Source of the DNA: the human T2T-CHM13v2.0 reference genome, Homo sapiens
Strand: one strand, 5' to 3'
Assembly: GCF_009914755.1 (NCBI RefSeq)
Contig: NC_060939.1
DNA length: 64,000 bases
Shown here: piece by piece, positions 1-14,871 of the stretch
How positions within the stretch are numbered: position 1 is the stretch's first letter
How the letters are laid out: every line of letters begins with the position of its first letter
Program-made: the position numbers and the translations under genes
Notes under the pieces: generated by a model
Told to the model about the DNA's origin: nothing
Seen by the model: only the letters and a program-made list of their open reading frames with translations
The model's database searches: none

Positions 1-276
1 GTAATCCCAGCACTTTGGGAGGCTGAGGTGGGCAAATCACCTGAGGTCAGGAGTTCGAGACCAGCCTGGCCAACATAGTAACTGAAACCCCGTCTCTACT
101 AAAAATACAAAAATTAGCAAGGCACGGTGGCGCGCCTGTAGTCCGGGAGGCTGAGACAGAAGAATCACTTGAACCTGGGAGGCGGAGGTTGCAGTGAGGC
201 AAGATCGTGCCACTGCACTCCAGCACAGGTGACTGAGCGAGACTCTGTCTCAAAAAACAAAACAAAACAAAAAAAG
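1..276 (+). mobile_element. AluS (cut by window start)
   Basis: Alu consensus plus A-rich tail. Confidence 0.9.
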
Positions 277-959
277 AATGGTGAGGAGGGAGGGGTGTGG
301 AATCACGGAAGGGGGACACACAGTGGCTTCTAGGGCACTGGCAACTTCATTTTTAAAGCTGGATGGTGAGTATATAGGTACTCATTCTATTATTTTTCTT
401 TAAAACTGTTCAGTTTTTAATATATTTTGTATGTATGAAATATATAATTACACTCATAACTTTCTTAAGAAAGAAAAACATAATTGTAAAGAAGGTGTTA
501 AAATTAAACTATCCAAAGGACTAGGGGTGAGCAATGCAGGGCACCGGCTTCAGCGCTGACGTCTGCAGCTGAAGGATGATTTAAACCAAGCCTGTTTTGT
601 TCTCTCCCCTTTGGTTCTCCCTGAATAGGTATAGTGTCTTCTCTATTTTCTTATCCTTTAGTGCCTTCTTTATGGTTAAGGTAGGGCTGTCACAAGCCTC
701 CCTTCCTGGTTTGTTTTGTCTTCTTCTATTTTTTCATGACTTTTGTGACACCCAACAGGTGGCTAACATCCTGCAGGTATTAGTTCAAGGTTAGCACTGT
801 CTGGTGACCTCTGCTTTACCTTGACCTTCAGAGGTTTGACAGTCTTCTCACAGGATTAGCAGAGTTACGTGGCTTGGAGCCACTCCATCTTCCTGGTATT
901 TGTTACATAGAATATAACTCTCGCGTGTGGATAATGGACAATGGGGAAGACACGATACA

Positions 960-1470
960 GCTAATAATTACAATGAATACTCATTTATTCTGCGTAAACA
1001 CTCTCCATGCATAATCTCATTTAATCCTCACAGCAACACCATGAGCTGAGTAGTACTCTCATTCTTGATTAACACATAAACAAACTGAGTCTCAGCTGGG
1101 CGTGGTGGCTCACTCCTATAATCCCAGCACTTTGGGAGCTGAGGAGGGTGGATCATGAGGTCAGGAGTTCAAGACCAGCCTGGCCAAGATGGTAAAACCC
1201 TGTCTCTACTAAAAATACAAAAATTAGCCAGGCATGGTGGCGGGCGCCTGTAATCCCAGCTACTCGGGAGGCTGAGGCAGAGAATTGCTTGAACCTGGGA
1301 GGCGGAGGTTGCAGTGAGCTGAGATCACGCCACTGCACTCCAGCCTGGGCCACAGAGCAAGACTCCATCTCAAAAAAAAAAAAAAAAAAAGAAAGAAACT
1401 GAGTCTCAAAGAGGTTAAGTGAACTGTACACCTGGTCACAGGAGAGCCGAGCCATCTCACTAAGATGTCA
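960..1470. mobile_element. MIR interrupted by Alu
   Basis: ctcatttaatcctcacagcaac...aaactgagtctca[Alu]aagaggttaagtgaact. Confidence 0.65.
1095..1395 (+). mobile_element. AluS
   Basis: Full dimer; TSD aaactgagtctca. Confidence 0.92.
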
Positions 1471-2662
1471 GGTTCCTTGCACGCCTCTGGCTGCTTGTCT
1501 AGGCAACTGAACACCCAGAGGGCCATTGCAAACCCTTGAAAATACTGAGAAAAGATTTGTCTCGTGTTCACAGAAAGTCCAGAGAAATGTCCTCATCCTC
1601 CAAGACCTTCTCAGAGTGAAAAGCTCACCTGGGAACTATGATACAATTCTATAAACTCACTCTCCACTTTGCCTCTTACCCTTATGAGTAATTAGGCAAT
1701 TGGGAGCATGGGAATGAGATGGTGTAAATTTGGGCAAGTCACTTAACTTCTCTACCTCATTAAATGGAGATAATGGTACTTACCTCATGGAGTTATTATG
1801 AAAATGAAATGTTAATGTATGTGTAGTTCTTAGAACAGTGCTTGGCATACAGTCATCACTATATGTTGGCTGTCATTATTAGTAGTAAATTATTATTAAT
1901 CTGCAGTCTAAGTGGCCCCAGTGACTCAGCTCCTGACTTTTGGATGGTTGGGTTGCTGGGTCGTCTCCACGTGATCCTTGGGGATTAAGCTCCATGATCA
2001 AATCCCAGAGGAAGGCAGGAAGGTGGGCAGACCCAGGTGGTTAAGAAGGAGATTGGGGTGGGTGAGCTGAAAATGCAACTGAGTCAGGGCAGTGGAAGTC
2101 TTCCTCTTTCCACTCACTGCGTGCTGTGAGTAGCCCCTGGGCTGATGAAAGGGGGCTCTGAGGTGGATGTTTCTTCCCGATTGGTACCAGTACAGATGAG
2201 TCAGAGAGCCTCGTTTAGACCAGGCGCTGTGGCTCATGCTAGTAATCCCAGCACTTTGGGAAGCCAAAGAGGACATTTTTTATTCATAAATTTTTAAAAA
2301 ATGAGAGAAAACAGTGTTTAGACATGGCTGCTATATATCACGTGGCTAATTGATTTGGCTAACTCCAATGTATTCTTTCTCAACACCAGAATTTGTGGTG
2401 TGGCCTTCTTCTTTCGTTTTTCTCTGGGAGTCTTGGGGATCAAACGATCAAAGGAACATAGAGTCCCAAGACCAAGGTAATATTAATCCATTAAGCTCTG
2501 GGAGCATTGTGAAAGAAGTATTCATCACAGGAGATTCTTGAGTTTCAAAAGGACCCAAAGGGAACAGCTCATAGTGGCTTGGAAGAAGTTCAGTTCTCAT
2601 TTGCCCTATCTGATTAGCAAGACTAACTCTTCCTTGTCAAGAAACATGAATCAAATGCTTAA

Positions 2663-2982
<320 letters not shown>

Positions 2983-3194
2983 AAGACAAGGCTCCTTTTG
3001 GAGATTTCACTAAGACGACAACAGCTTCCTCTCTCTGCACCTTCCCAGCTGATGCCTTCTCAGCACCCTGGGGCTCCACATCTCAGTGGGGGCTGACTCT
3101 CAGAATGACCAGGTCTGGGGGAAGTAGAGAGCTTGGCTTCCAGGCTATGTTATCTCCTTCATTCTTCACAGTAAGAGGCCTAGAGAGATTAAGT

Positions 3195-3640
3195 GGCAAA
3201 TCACTCAGAGTTTTTGGCTGCAAACAACAGAACCCACTCTGGCAAGTTAAGCAGAAAAGGCTTTTTTGTGCCTCTTGAGGAATCTCTGTGAAGGCAGAGG
3301 TCAGGCTTGACAGCTGTGACAAGGCAGAGCCACTATGAGGAAACAACTCTGCTGCCCATAGGCCACGCTGCCCCTCATGTAGTGGATGCAGGGCTCCACA
3401 TGCCACCACGCAACCCTGCCACAGCTGCCTTCGAAGTCTGAGTGCTTCTGCCACCACCCTGTCAAAACCACTCTCACTTCCCAACTCCTAGGCTCCAAGG
3501 TTGCATCTGATTGGTGGAGAGCAGGTCACATGTCTGTGCCCTAGCTGCAAAGGAAGCTGGGGAAGTAAGTTTCCAGTTCCTACTCCTGGGAGGCACAGAC
3601 TCAAAATGTGAAGGACACCCTAAAAGAAGAAGAGTGTGCA
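3195..3640. mobile_element. Old MLT1 (K/L-like) LTR
   Basis: ttggctgcaaacaacagaacccactctgg and ggtcacatgtctgtgccctagctgcaaaggaagctggg motifs. Confidence 0.6.
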
Positions 3641-4574
3641 TGAGCAGCCAAGAATAATGATAAATGTTCACATATATCAGCGACCTAAAATCACATGACT
3701 GAGACACACCACAGAGCCAACCACACTACCCTGAGAAATGCCTCTGGGTACTGACCTGCTGCCTGGGACAGAACCCACCTGCATCGCCTCAGGTTCTCAT
3801 TCAGCCGCAGGAGTCATCAGCATAAAGCTGGTCCCTCCTTCTTACCAGGGCCCTTCCTTCTCCACGTATCCTGGAAGCAATGGCTTCATTGTTGCTTTTA
3901 TGTTTTATTGGGCCTTTTTAGGCAAACTGAGTGAAGCGGGCAGAGGAGAACTGCTGGGGACCAGAGGAGACCTGAAGGAGCAGCCACTGCTCAGGGCCAG
4001 ATGTTTCCATTTGAAAATATGGGCCCAACAGCCAGGTACTCTGATTTTTCCAGAGAAGCCAGGCATCTGGCCAGGCATTCTCTATATGACATCTCCAGAT
4101 TTTTTAATGTTTGAGCAAATTTGCCATTGAGCAAATACTATTATTTTTAAAAATGTTTTAATATGAAAAACTTCAAACATATAGAAAAATACAGTGAATA
4201 CTATAGTGAATACCCATCATCCAAATATACTCATTACTCAAATTTAACAGTTTTAACATTTTGCCATATTTTTTCATCTATTTTTTTCTGCTTAAGTTTT
4301 TAAAGTGACAACATCAAAGGAGCTATTAAAATGTTTTCATCCTTAAATACTTCAGTAGGCATCTTTTCAAAGCTACCATAACACTTAAAAAATCAACATA
4401 TTTCTTATTATCATCTAATACCTTGTTCTTACACAAATTTCTTTTACTACCCTAAAAATGATTTTTTTAGATGGTTTATTCAAAGCAGCCTCCAACTGTG
4501 GACCAAGAATTGGATTCGGTTATCATGTAACTTATGTGTCTTTAATCTCAAGGAATCCCCACTGGTTTTGTTTT

Positions 4575-4576
4575 GT

Positions 4577-4608
<32 letters not shown>
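4575..4608. repeat. (TG)n microsatellite
   Basis: About 15 TG units. Confidence 0.9.
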
Positions 4609-4612
<4 letters not shown>

Positions 4613-4960
4613 AACATTGATTTGAAGAACCCACGCCGGTGTCCAGTTGAATTGTTCTGTCTATGTATCTGACTCTTTCCTTGTGGTGTCACTTAATATG
4701 TTCCATATCCCTTGCATTTCCTACAAACTGGAAGTTAGATTTAAAGTCTTGATTGATCTCAGGTTAATATTTTGGGAAGAATATATCCCAGGTGATGTGG
4801 ACTGCCTAATCCATCGCCTTGGAAAGCACAGGATGTCATCCTACTAGCAGTAATGCTAAGATGGTGGACACAATTCCCTCCAGTGTAACTGTATTTTCTT
4901 CCTTAGACCAGTCATTTTCCCCCTAGAAACTTTTTACCTGATGGTTTTAACATCCACTGA

Positions 4961-5351
<391 letters not shown>

Positions 5352-6856
5352 TATAATCTATTTTTAAAATTGATTAAAATTGATATAATCTATTTTTTAA
5401 ATGTTATGTAGTTCCTGACAATGTTTATTTGTGGTATGTTCCCACTGGGAAAAAAGCATTGTCAGGAACTACATAACAGGTTCATAGAGGTTAACTCTGG
5501 GTGATGATTTTAATTTATTCAATTTGCTTATGCATATTTCCTAAATTTTCTGTGATAAGCAAGTATTAGCTTTTAGTAAAAAATATAGGTATATGTGTAT
5601 GGTTATATATACGTATGTGTATGTGTATGTGTGTATGAATGTAATCAGGATAAACACACAAGGACACTCAATGAATAAACATAACAGCTAAGGAAAAAAG
5701 AACTGGGCTGCCCCAGGACTACACCCATGAGGTCAGAGATGCTCAGATGAGAGGACGCTAGGCCTGTAGGTGCCTGTGGGGACAATGTCACCTACTCAGC
5801 ACCTCTGACTTGTGCAGTGTTCCCTGTCATCTTCAAATGGAATGTGTCTATGCTAAGAACCAACAATGCTGACCACACTTCCTACACCACTCAGTTCTCA
5901 CACTAATTGCACTAATTGCCCATCCCAACTGGCCATTAGCTGAATGAATCAAATTATCTTCATATTTGACTTGAAGTCTTTCCAAGCCAACCCTGTCTCC
6001 ACCTCAACCCCTGCCAGTATGGCAAGAGCAGCTCAGGCTGGACCCAGGCCACTCTCGGGTTAAATGCACAGTCACCCAACTTGGCAGTAAAAGTCAGTGG
6101 GCCGGGGACAGGGTGGTACAGGCAGTTACCTGGGAGGGTCCCCTTGGCCTGATGCTTGGTCCCCAGCCCTGGCTTTATGGACACCATCCCAGCTCTGTTC
6201 CCCCTACTTCCCCAGAGGCTTGGATAAAAGGCTTTCCTCTCCCACCCTCCATCAGCTCCAAACCAAAGTCAGCGTCTGCACAGGTGCCTGCTGGGGTGAA
6301 TGTGGGGCTTCTAGGCTTGAGTCTTCTTCGGCTGCCAGCACTTGGGGAATGCTGACAAATTTGTCCTCCAAAGGCTACATCTTTGGGATCCATGCCTTTC
6401 CCTTTTTCTTCTCCTTTCACAATTTTTCCTCCCCAGTGAAAACCGAAATGCAATTCTTTCAGTTCTCTCCTCATTCAAAATCTTCTCTGGTTTCCCAGCC
6501 TACAGAGAATAAAGATAAAGCCCAGACTCCTGAGCTGGGCAGTTACAGAACCACAACACACCCATAGCACAGCTTCCCACCCTTATCTCCCACTCTGCCT
6601 CATGTGAATGCCTCTGCTCAACTCAGCTTCCCATCTCCTTGCTTCTGTCCATACTGCTCTTTCTGCTTGGAACACCCTCCCACAATGAAACTTACAAAAA
6701 TCCCAAGTCCTGTCTATACTTCAAAGCTCTGCTCAAACCTCACCTGTCCTTGAGGCATTGCTGCACGTTCCTTGTCCCTTCATTAAAGTGCTCACCTCTG
6801 TCTGCTTTGTGTTATGATCAGTTGTGTCTGTGTCTGTTGCCCCTACTAGACAATAA

Positions 6857-7211
<355 letters not shown>

Positions 7212-7275
7212 GAGTTTGAGATAATTTTAAGGTGTAGCATGAGTAATTTGTTACACAAAGTTGACTTAAAATCTA

Positions 7276-7612
<337 letters not shown>

Positions 7613-7671
7613 TTATGTGACCTCTCTGAACTTCAGTTTCTCACCCCTGAAAGGTTGTGAAGATTAAATGA

Positions 7672-7974
7672 GACTGGGTGCAGGGGCTCACACCTATAAT
7701 CCTGGCACTTTGGTAGGCCAAGATGAGAGGATTGCTTCAGGCCAAGAGTTTGAGACCAGCCTGGGCAATATAGCAAGACTCCATCTCTACAAAAAAAATA
7801 CAAAAAATTAGTCAGATGTGGTGATGCACACCTGTTGTCCCAGCTACTTGGGAGCTTGGGAGGCTAAGGCAGGAGGGTCAGTTGAGCCCGGGAGTTTGAG
7901 GTTGAAGTGAGCTATGATTATGCCACTGCACTTTAGCCCAGGCAACAGAATGAGACACTGTTTCTAAACAAAAA
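7672..7974 (+). mobile_element. AluJ
   Basis: Diverged Alu dimer. Confidence 0.85.
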
Positions 7975-8164
7975 TATATATATATCCATTCTCTCTTGTT
8001 TCCTTACTAACAGAAGCCTGATATTTTTAAAGATGACAATGTATCCAGACAAAATACTCAGCTTTCTAGACTCCTTTGCAGCTACATGGCCATGTGACAT
8101 AGTTCTGCTAAGTAGAAATGTTCTAGAAATTTCTGGGACAGCTTTTGCTTTCTTTTCTTTTTCT

Positions 8165-8464
8165 ATTTATTTATTTTTGAGACAGGGTCTCTCTCTCTCT
8201 CTCTCACCTAGGCTGGAGTGACGTGGCACAAACACAGCTCACTGTAGCCTTGACCTCTTGGGCTCAAGGGATACTCTTGCCACAGACTCCCAGGTAGCTG
8301 AGACCACAGGTGCATGCCATAATGCCTGGCTATTTTTTTATTGTTTGTAGAGAGGGGATATCACTTTGTTGCCCAGGCTGGTCTCAAACTCCTGGGCTCA
8401 AGTGATCCTTCCGCCTTGGCCTCCCAAAGGCTGGGGTTGCAGGCTTGAGCTACTGCACCCGGTC
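8165..8464 (-). mobile_element. AluJ
   Basis: Diverged Alu dimer within MLT1-like sequence. Confidence 0.85.
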
Positions 8465-8962
8465 AACTTTTTGGTTTCTTAATACAGGTGTCACCACTTC
8501 CTCCTTCTTCTCTTTCCTCCTTACTTTTGCCTTCTTCCTGTCTAGAGCACAGACATGAAGCTGGAGGTGAAGTAGTCACTTAGTGACCACACAGAGGGTA
8601 AAGCCAAATGGCAAGGACCCTGGAATGGAAAGACAGTGGCCTGAAACATTCAGGACATTGTGGAAATGCTGCTCCCACACTGGATCGCCTTCCTTCAAAC
8701 CTCTTGCTAAGCGAAAAAAATAAACTTGGAATTGGTAAAGCCACTGTTGATGTTTATTTACATAAAGTTGGGTGTTTCCATAAGTGTATAGAAAGTCTAG
8801 GTAAGATTCTTGGCTGATGTTGGAGTGACTGCATAGGGGCATGAAGGCTGGTTAGGTGGGTAAGGGAGGATGAAAGGGACCAAGATGAGGCCAGAGGGCA
8901 GAGGTGGAGGCAGCCCCGAGATACTGCCACCAGGTCCTGCTGCCTGGACAGGAGGATTGGGT

Positions 8963-9257
8963 TTTTTTGTTTTTTGTTTTTGAGATGGAGCTTCGCCCTT
9001 GTTTCCCAGGCTGGAGTGCAATGGTGCGATCTCGGCTCACTGCAACCTCCGCTCATAAGCAATTCTCCTGCCTCAGCCTCCCAAGTAGCTGGGACTACAG
9101 GCCCACACCACCACGCCCAGCTAATTTTTGTATTTTTAGTAGAGGCAGGGTTTCACCATGTTGGCCAAGATGGTCTCAAACTCCTGGCCTCAAGTGATTC
9201 ACCCACCTCAGTCTCCCAAAGTGCTGGGATTACAGGCGTGAGTCACTGCACCTGGCC
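8963..9257 (-). mobile_element. AluS
   Basis: Alu dimer; TSD-like gagg.ttgggtttt. Confidence 0.88.
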
Positions 9258-10424
9258 GAGGTTTGGGTTTTATACCTGGAGGAATTTTTCTCCAAGCAAT
9301 TCATCTTGTTGTTTAAATAGGATAATGTGGAGTTGCTCATTGGCATGTAAAGTTACTAATAATATAATTTTAAGTTTAAAAAGTCAAATTATGAAATAAT
9401 AAACATACTATGCTCCCATTTTAAAAGAATAGCTACATACACAGATATATACGTCAAAATGTTAATAGCAGTAGAATTCTGGATGATATTTGTAACTGTG
9501 TCATCTGAAATTTTTAAATAATAGCATTTACTTGATTTCTTATTTTCTGATTTAAAAAATATTTCTATTTTGAAAATAATCAAGTAGACTATAAGATGCC
9601 TTTTTTCCCCACTTGAACAATTAATTCGGGCATACAGTATTCCACTGGACAATATTAGAAACAACCTAGATTTCTGGTCTTGAGTTCCTGAGCCCAAGTG
9701 ATCCTCCTGCCTCAGCCTCCCAAAGTGCTGGAATTACAGGCGTGAGCCACTGTGCCAGGCTCAACCTGAATTTCTGAATGCAAATCAAAATATTGGAATA
9801 TATTCATCTTGATGCTATTTCTGAATAAAGAGGGCCTCTAACAAAATGATGACCAGGATACCCTCATTTCTGTATAAAATTTATTATTTTACTTTTATGT
9901 CCATAGGCAGCCCTTCTCAAACAATCCTGTCTAAATATGGCTTACATGTACAAGCTAGAGATGAAGGAGCTTGGGGGCACAGCCAGGGACTTGAGGGGAA
10001 GCAATTTCTACCTTTACGGAAATGAGGATGCCGTCACTAAAGGAAAAGGATGAATGCTGTGCATTATGACAGTAAGTGTCCACTGTGGTGATAGTGACCA
10101 AGTCATCTAATGCCTTTCTCCACCTTAGTCTCCTCAGATGTTAAAAACAACCACAATGCACCTCATAATATTATTCTAACAATTACACAAGATAATGAAT
10201 GCAAAGCTCCTCAAATCTTTTTTTTCCAAAGTGCCTGTTATGGTTGAATGGTGTCCCCCTGAGAAGCTCAAGTCCTAACCCGCAGTACTCATAAATGAGA
10301 CCTTATTTGGAAATAGTCTCTACCTGTAGAGGTGACCTCTATAGAAGTAATCAAATTAAAATGAGGTCATCAGGGTGGGTTCTACTCCAATATGACTGGT
10401 GTCCTTATGAAAAGGGGAATTTGA

Positions 10425-10907
10425 TAAAGACACACAATGCATATGTTCATTGCAGTACTATTCACAAAAGCAAAGACATGGAATCAACCCAGATGCCCAT
10501 CAATTATAGACTGGATAAAGAAAATGTGGTACATATTCACCATGGAATACTATGCAGCCCTGAAAAGGAATGAGATCATATCCTTTGCAGGGACACAGAT
10601 GGAGCTAGGAGCTGTTATCCTTAGCAAACTAATGCAGGAACAGAAAGCCAAACACCACATAATCACAATTCTAAGTGAGAGCTGAATGATGAGAACACAT
10701 GGACACATGGGTTGCAGGGAACAACACACTCAGGCCTGTTGGTAGGGATGGGGGAAGGAGAGCGTCAGGAAGAATAGCTAATGGATGCTCACTTAATCCC
10801 TAGGTGATGGGTTGATCTGTGCAGCGAACCACCACGGCACATGTTTACCTGTGTAACAAATCTGCACATGTACCCCAGAACTTAAAATAAAAGTTGAAGA
10901 AAAAAAA
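10425..10907 (+). mobile_element. L1PA (older, about L1PA11-13) 3' end
   Basis: ORF 10437-10685 resembles the ORF2 C-terminus (MFIAVLFTKAKTWNQPRCPS); 3'UTR ends cttaaaataaaagttgaa plus A tail. Confidence 0.85.
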
Positions 10908-10915
10908 GGGTGGGA

Positions 10916-11308
<393 letters not shown>

Positions 11309-11842
11309 CTACAGGCCAAGAAACACTAGGAGGGCCAGCAACAGAATCTAGAAAAGGCAGGGAGAGAGTCTCTCCTGTACCATTGGGTGAGCATGGCCCT
11401 GCCAACACTGATTTCATGTCTAGCCTCTAGACTTGTGAGAGGATAAATTGCTGCTGTTTTAGGCCACTTAGTCTTGGGGACTTTGTTAAGGCAGTTCAGG
11501 GAAACTAATACAGTGGCCCTAGGAACAAGAGAGAGTGAGGATAACTCTCAGGGGTCGAAGGGCATGCCCCAAGCAGTCCACAAGGAACACAGTGTTTCTT
11601 TGAAGTTCATTGTCTGAAACCCTTGTTGCATTCAATTCAGGAAGGCAGTAGTTCCACTTTTTATGGTATGAAACGATGAGTCAGAAGAGTTAGTCCACCA
11701 AGGGGCAGACTCCAGTCACAGGGGTTTTCTTTTCTTCTCTTTATCCTCTGCCTAAGACAATACTCAAGATATTCACATAATAACCACTCTGGTTTTTCAG
11801 CTTCTACGGATACAATAGTGTCTTTCAAATGTCTGAATAGTC

Positions 11843-12003
11843 CAGCGGGTGTGGTGGTGTGCACCTATAGTCCCATCTACTTCAGAGACTGAGGCAGGAT
11901 GATTGCTTGAGCCCAGGAGTTTGAGACTAGCCTGGGCGATATAGCAATACCCTGTTTCTAAAAACCAAAAACAAAACAAAACAAAAAACAACAACAAGAA
12001 AAA
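11843..12003 (+). mobile_element. Alu monomer (FLAM-like)
   Basis: Single arm plus A-rich tail. Confidence 0.75.
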
Positions 12004-12499
12004 CTCTGAAGAGTCTAGATCTCTACTTATTTCATCTCAATCTTAGGATGTGGACACAGAATTTTGCGTGCCAACCTTCAGCCATGTTGCTCACATTAAC
12101 GCAGCTGCTTTAAAGGGGAGAGGTGATCTGACCTATTTTATTACTTTTCCTTAGGCAGAAACTATGGGCCTTAGTGACATACAAATAACCAACCATAACT
12201 TGGTTACAGCTTTCAGACAAGTACAGTGGGCAGCCCTCTTGAGTCTGTTAAAACAGCAAACAGGTAGAATTTCTGGCCACAGAGAGAGAGAGACAGACCA
12301 CATATCAGGCACAGTTTGCTAGCTCATTTGTTTCCCAAGAGAAAGAAAGGAAAAAAATCAGTAATGGTACGTAACTGTGGGGAACAGCAGGTGCTTTAGG
12401 CCAAACTTATTGAAGGGTCTGCTGAAACACTCTTGTTCTAGCACGGAAGTCACATAAATTTTACGTGCTACTCCATGATATAGCAATGTATCTTTTCTC

Positions 12500-13560
12500 A
12501 GCATTTTTAAATAGAAAATTTTAAACATAATGATTTTACAGTCAAAATTCCTATACCCATCACCCAGATTGTACTATTAATTTTTACTACATTTGCTACG
12601 TCTCATCTCTATCCATCCATCAATCCACTTTATTTTTTATGGATCCAAAAATCTATTGCAGACATCGACACCCTTTCCCCTAATTACTTCAGCATGCCTT
12701 TCATTAACTAGGGTTCAGTATTGTTTAATTTATTATTATTATTTTTTTTTGATACGGAGTCTTGCTCTGTTGCCCAGGCTACAGTGCAATGGCATGATTT
12801 CAGCTGACTGTAACCTCTGCCTCTCGGGTTCAAGCAGTTATCCTGCCTCAGCCTCTTGAGCAGCTGGGATTACAGGTGCACGCCACCACACCTGGCTAAT
12901 TTTTGTATTTTCAGTAGAGACGGGGTTTCACCGTTGGCCAGGCTGGTCTCGAACTCCTGACCTCATGATCCGCCCACCTCGGCCTCCCAAAGTGCTGGGA
13001 TTATAGGTGTGAGCCACCTCGGCCAGCCTTGTTTAATTTTTTGAGGTGAAATTCATAAGCAAAAAAATGCAGCATCTTAAGTGAAACTTTTCCAAATTTT
13101 GACAAATGAATAAACCGGTGCAACCCAATCCCTACCAAGATATAGAGCAGTACCTAACCCCATTACCATTACCTCCTGCCTCTTCCTAGTCAATCCCTGC
13201 CCCACCTACCAGACAAAGCCACTCTTGTAATTCTTTTCCTCCATAGGTTAGATTTGTCTGTTCTGGAACTTTATATAAATTGAATTATATCGAACATTTT
13301 CTTTTGTGTAAGGCTTCCTTCACTAAACGTAATGATTTTGAGAGTCACCTATGTTACCACATGTATCTGTAGTTTGATCTTTTTTATTCTGAGTAGTATT
13401 TCATTGTGTGACTCTAGCACTGTTACCCATTTTCCTATTATTGATGCACATCTAGGCTGTTTCCAGTTTGGGGCTATTATGAATAAGGTTGCTATAAACA
13501 TTCTTGTACACGAAATATACTCCCAATGTTGTGCGATCATCACCACCGTCCAACCCATAT
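12500..13560 (-). mobile_element. L1ME/MC-type 3' end fragments, with internal Alu
   Basis: ORF 13349-13558 RMFIATLFIIAPNWKQPRC resembles the ORF2 C-terminus. Confidence 0.65.
12740..13028 (-). mobile_element. AluS
   Basis: TSD ttgtttaatttt. Confidence 0.88.
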
Positions 13561-14871
13561 CATAGTTTCATCTCAGGAAACACTTTTCATTTGACCCTAC
13601 ACTTTTGAAGAATGAATTCAAAATGGATCCTCCAGCCCTTTACTCCTAAACCACTTGGCAGCCCTAGAATTCACAGTGTGATAGAAATCTTTGCTCATGC
13701 TCCCATTAGCTGGTCCAGGTCTCACTGGTTTAGCCCAGCTCAGGGTTGTGAAACTGCAGGTCCACAGTCCTGAAGGGGATGGTGTGGCTTCCTAGGAGGG
13801 TGGGGCCTCAGCTGTAGCCCTCCCCTCTGCTCTGGCCAAGGCTCTATTAGGAAGGTTGCAATCCTGCTCGCTCCCCGAAACTCAAACTGAGGTCTCCATT
13901 CCTTCTCATTCCTTCACCCGGGACCTCACAGCTCCCCTGAACCTCTATAAGCCCCTCTGAGTATTGTGTTTGTGGTGAGGGGAATTTGAGCTCCTTCCTC
14001 AAAAGTGAGGCTAACCCCCATTGAGGGGAGCCAGAGGCTGATGGCCATCAGGGTGTGGCCTGCTCCCACCCTGGCTGCCACACTCTGGTTCTTTGCAGCG
14101 TAACTAGGATTCAGAGGTGTTCGATTTTATACAGAGTTTCAGCCTGAGTCTGTGTTAGCCCCATCTCCTGACGGGCTCCCATGAGGAGACTGGGCGACCT
14201 CCCCAGGGGACCTGCCTTTTGTCCTTGGGTTCCCGGATCGGTGAATGGACCCAGTGTTCCAGATCATTCTCACAGGTGAGGGGTTTCTGGGCTCTGTGCA
14301 GTCCTGATAAGACAGGCCTAGGCCGCAACTCACTGGCTGTAGCCACGGCTCAGCTCCCCTGGCTAGAAAAAGGAGGGCCAGTCCCACAACGGTCTGGGAT
14401 TACACTGGCCTGCAGACACTGTTTGGCCAGGGAGTACTGCTGGGGTAGGAGGGGGTGGAGCATGAGGAAGAGCATAGGGTCCGAGGCCTCAGGCTAGCAG
14501 GGGTCAGATAGAGGACAGGGCACCTCTCTGACCACTTCTATACCCCAGTCCACCTCCACAGCCTCTCTGAACCACAGTCCTGGCCCCTGCCTCGCAGTCA
14601 GTAGAGGGACCACTTCATCAGCTGTGTGATGCCTAGCAACGTATCCTTTCTGAGCTATAAAAACGGAGACCTAAAAAAAGACTCATCCGGAAGAGTTTTT
14701 GGAGGATCAAATACAAACGCTCCTCAGCACAATGCCAGGGACTCAGAAAGTGTGTGGTCAACTTTATTTTCCTGTTGCTTTCTTCTCTATAACAGCTTTT
14801 CACAAATTGCTCTGGCTTTACAAAGGAAGCTAGGCAAGCTGGAAGATCCCAGAAGCAGAAGGAACGCCGCT

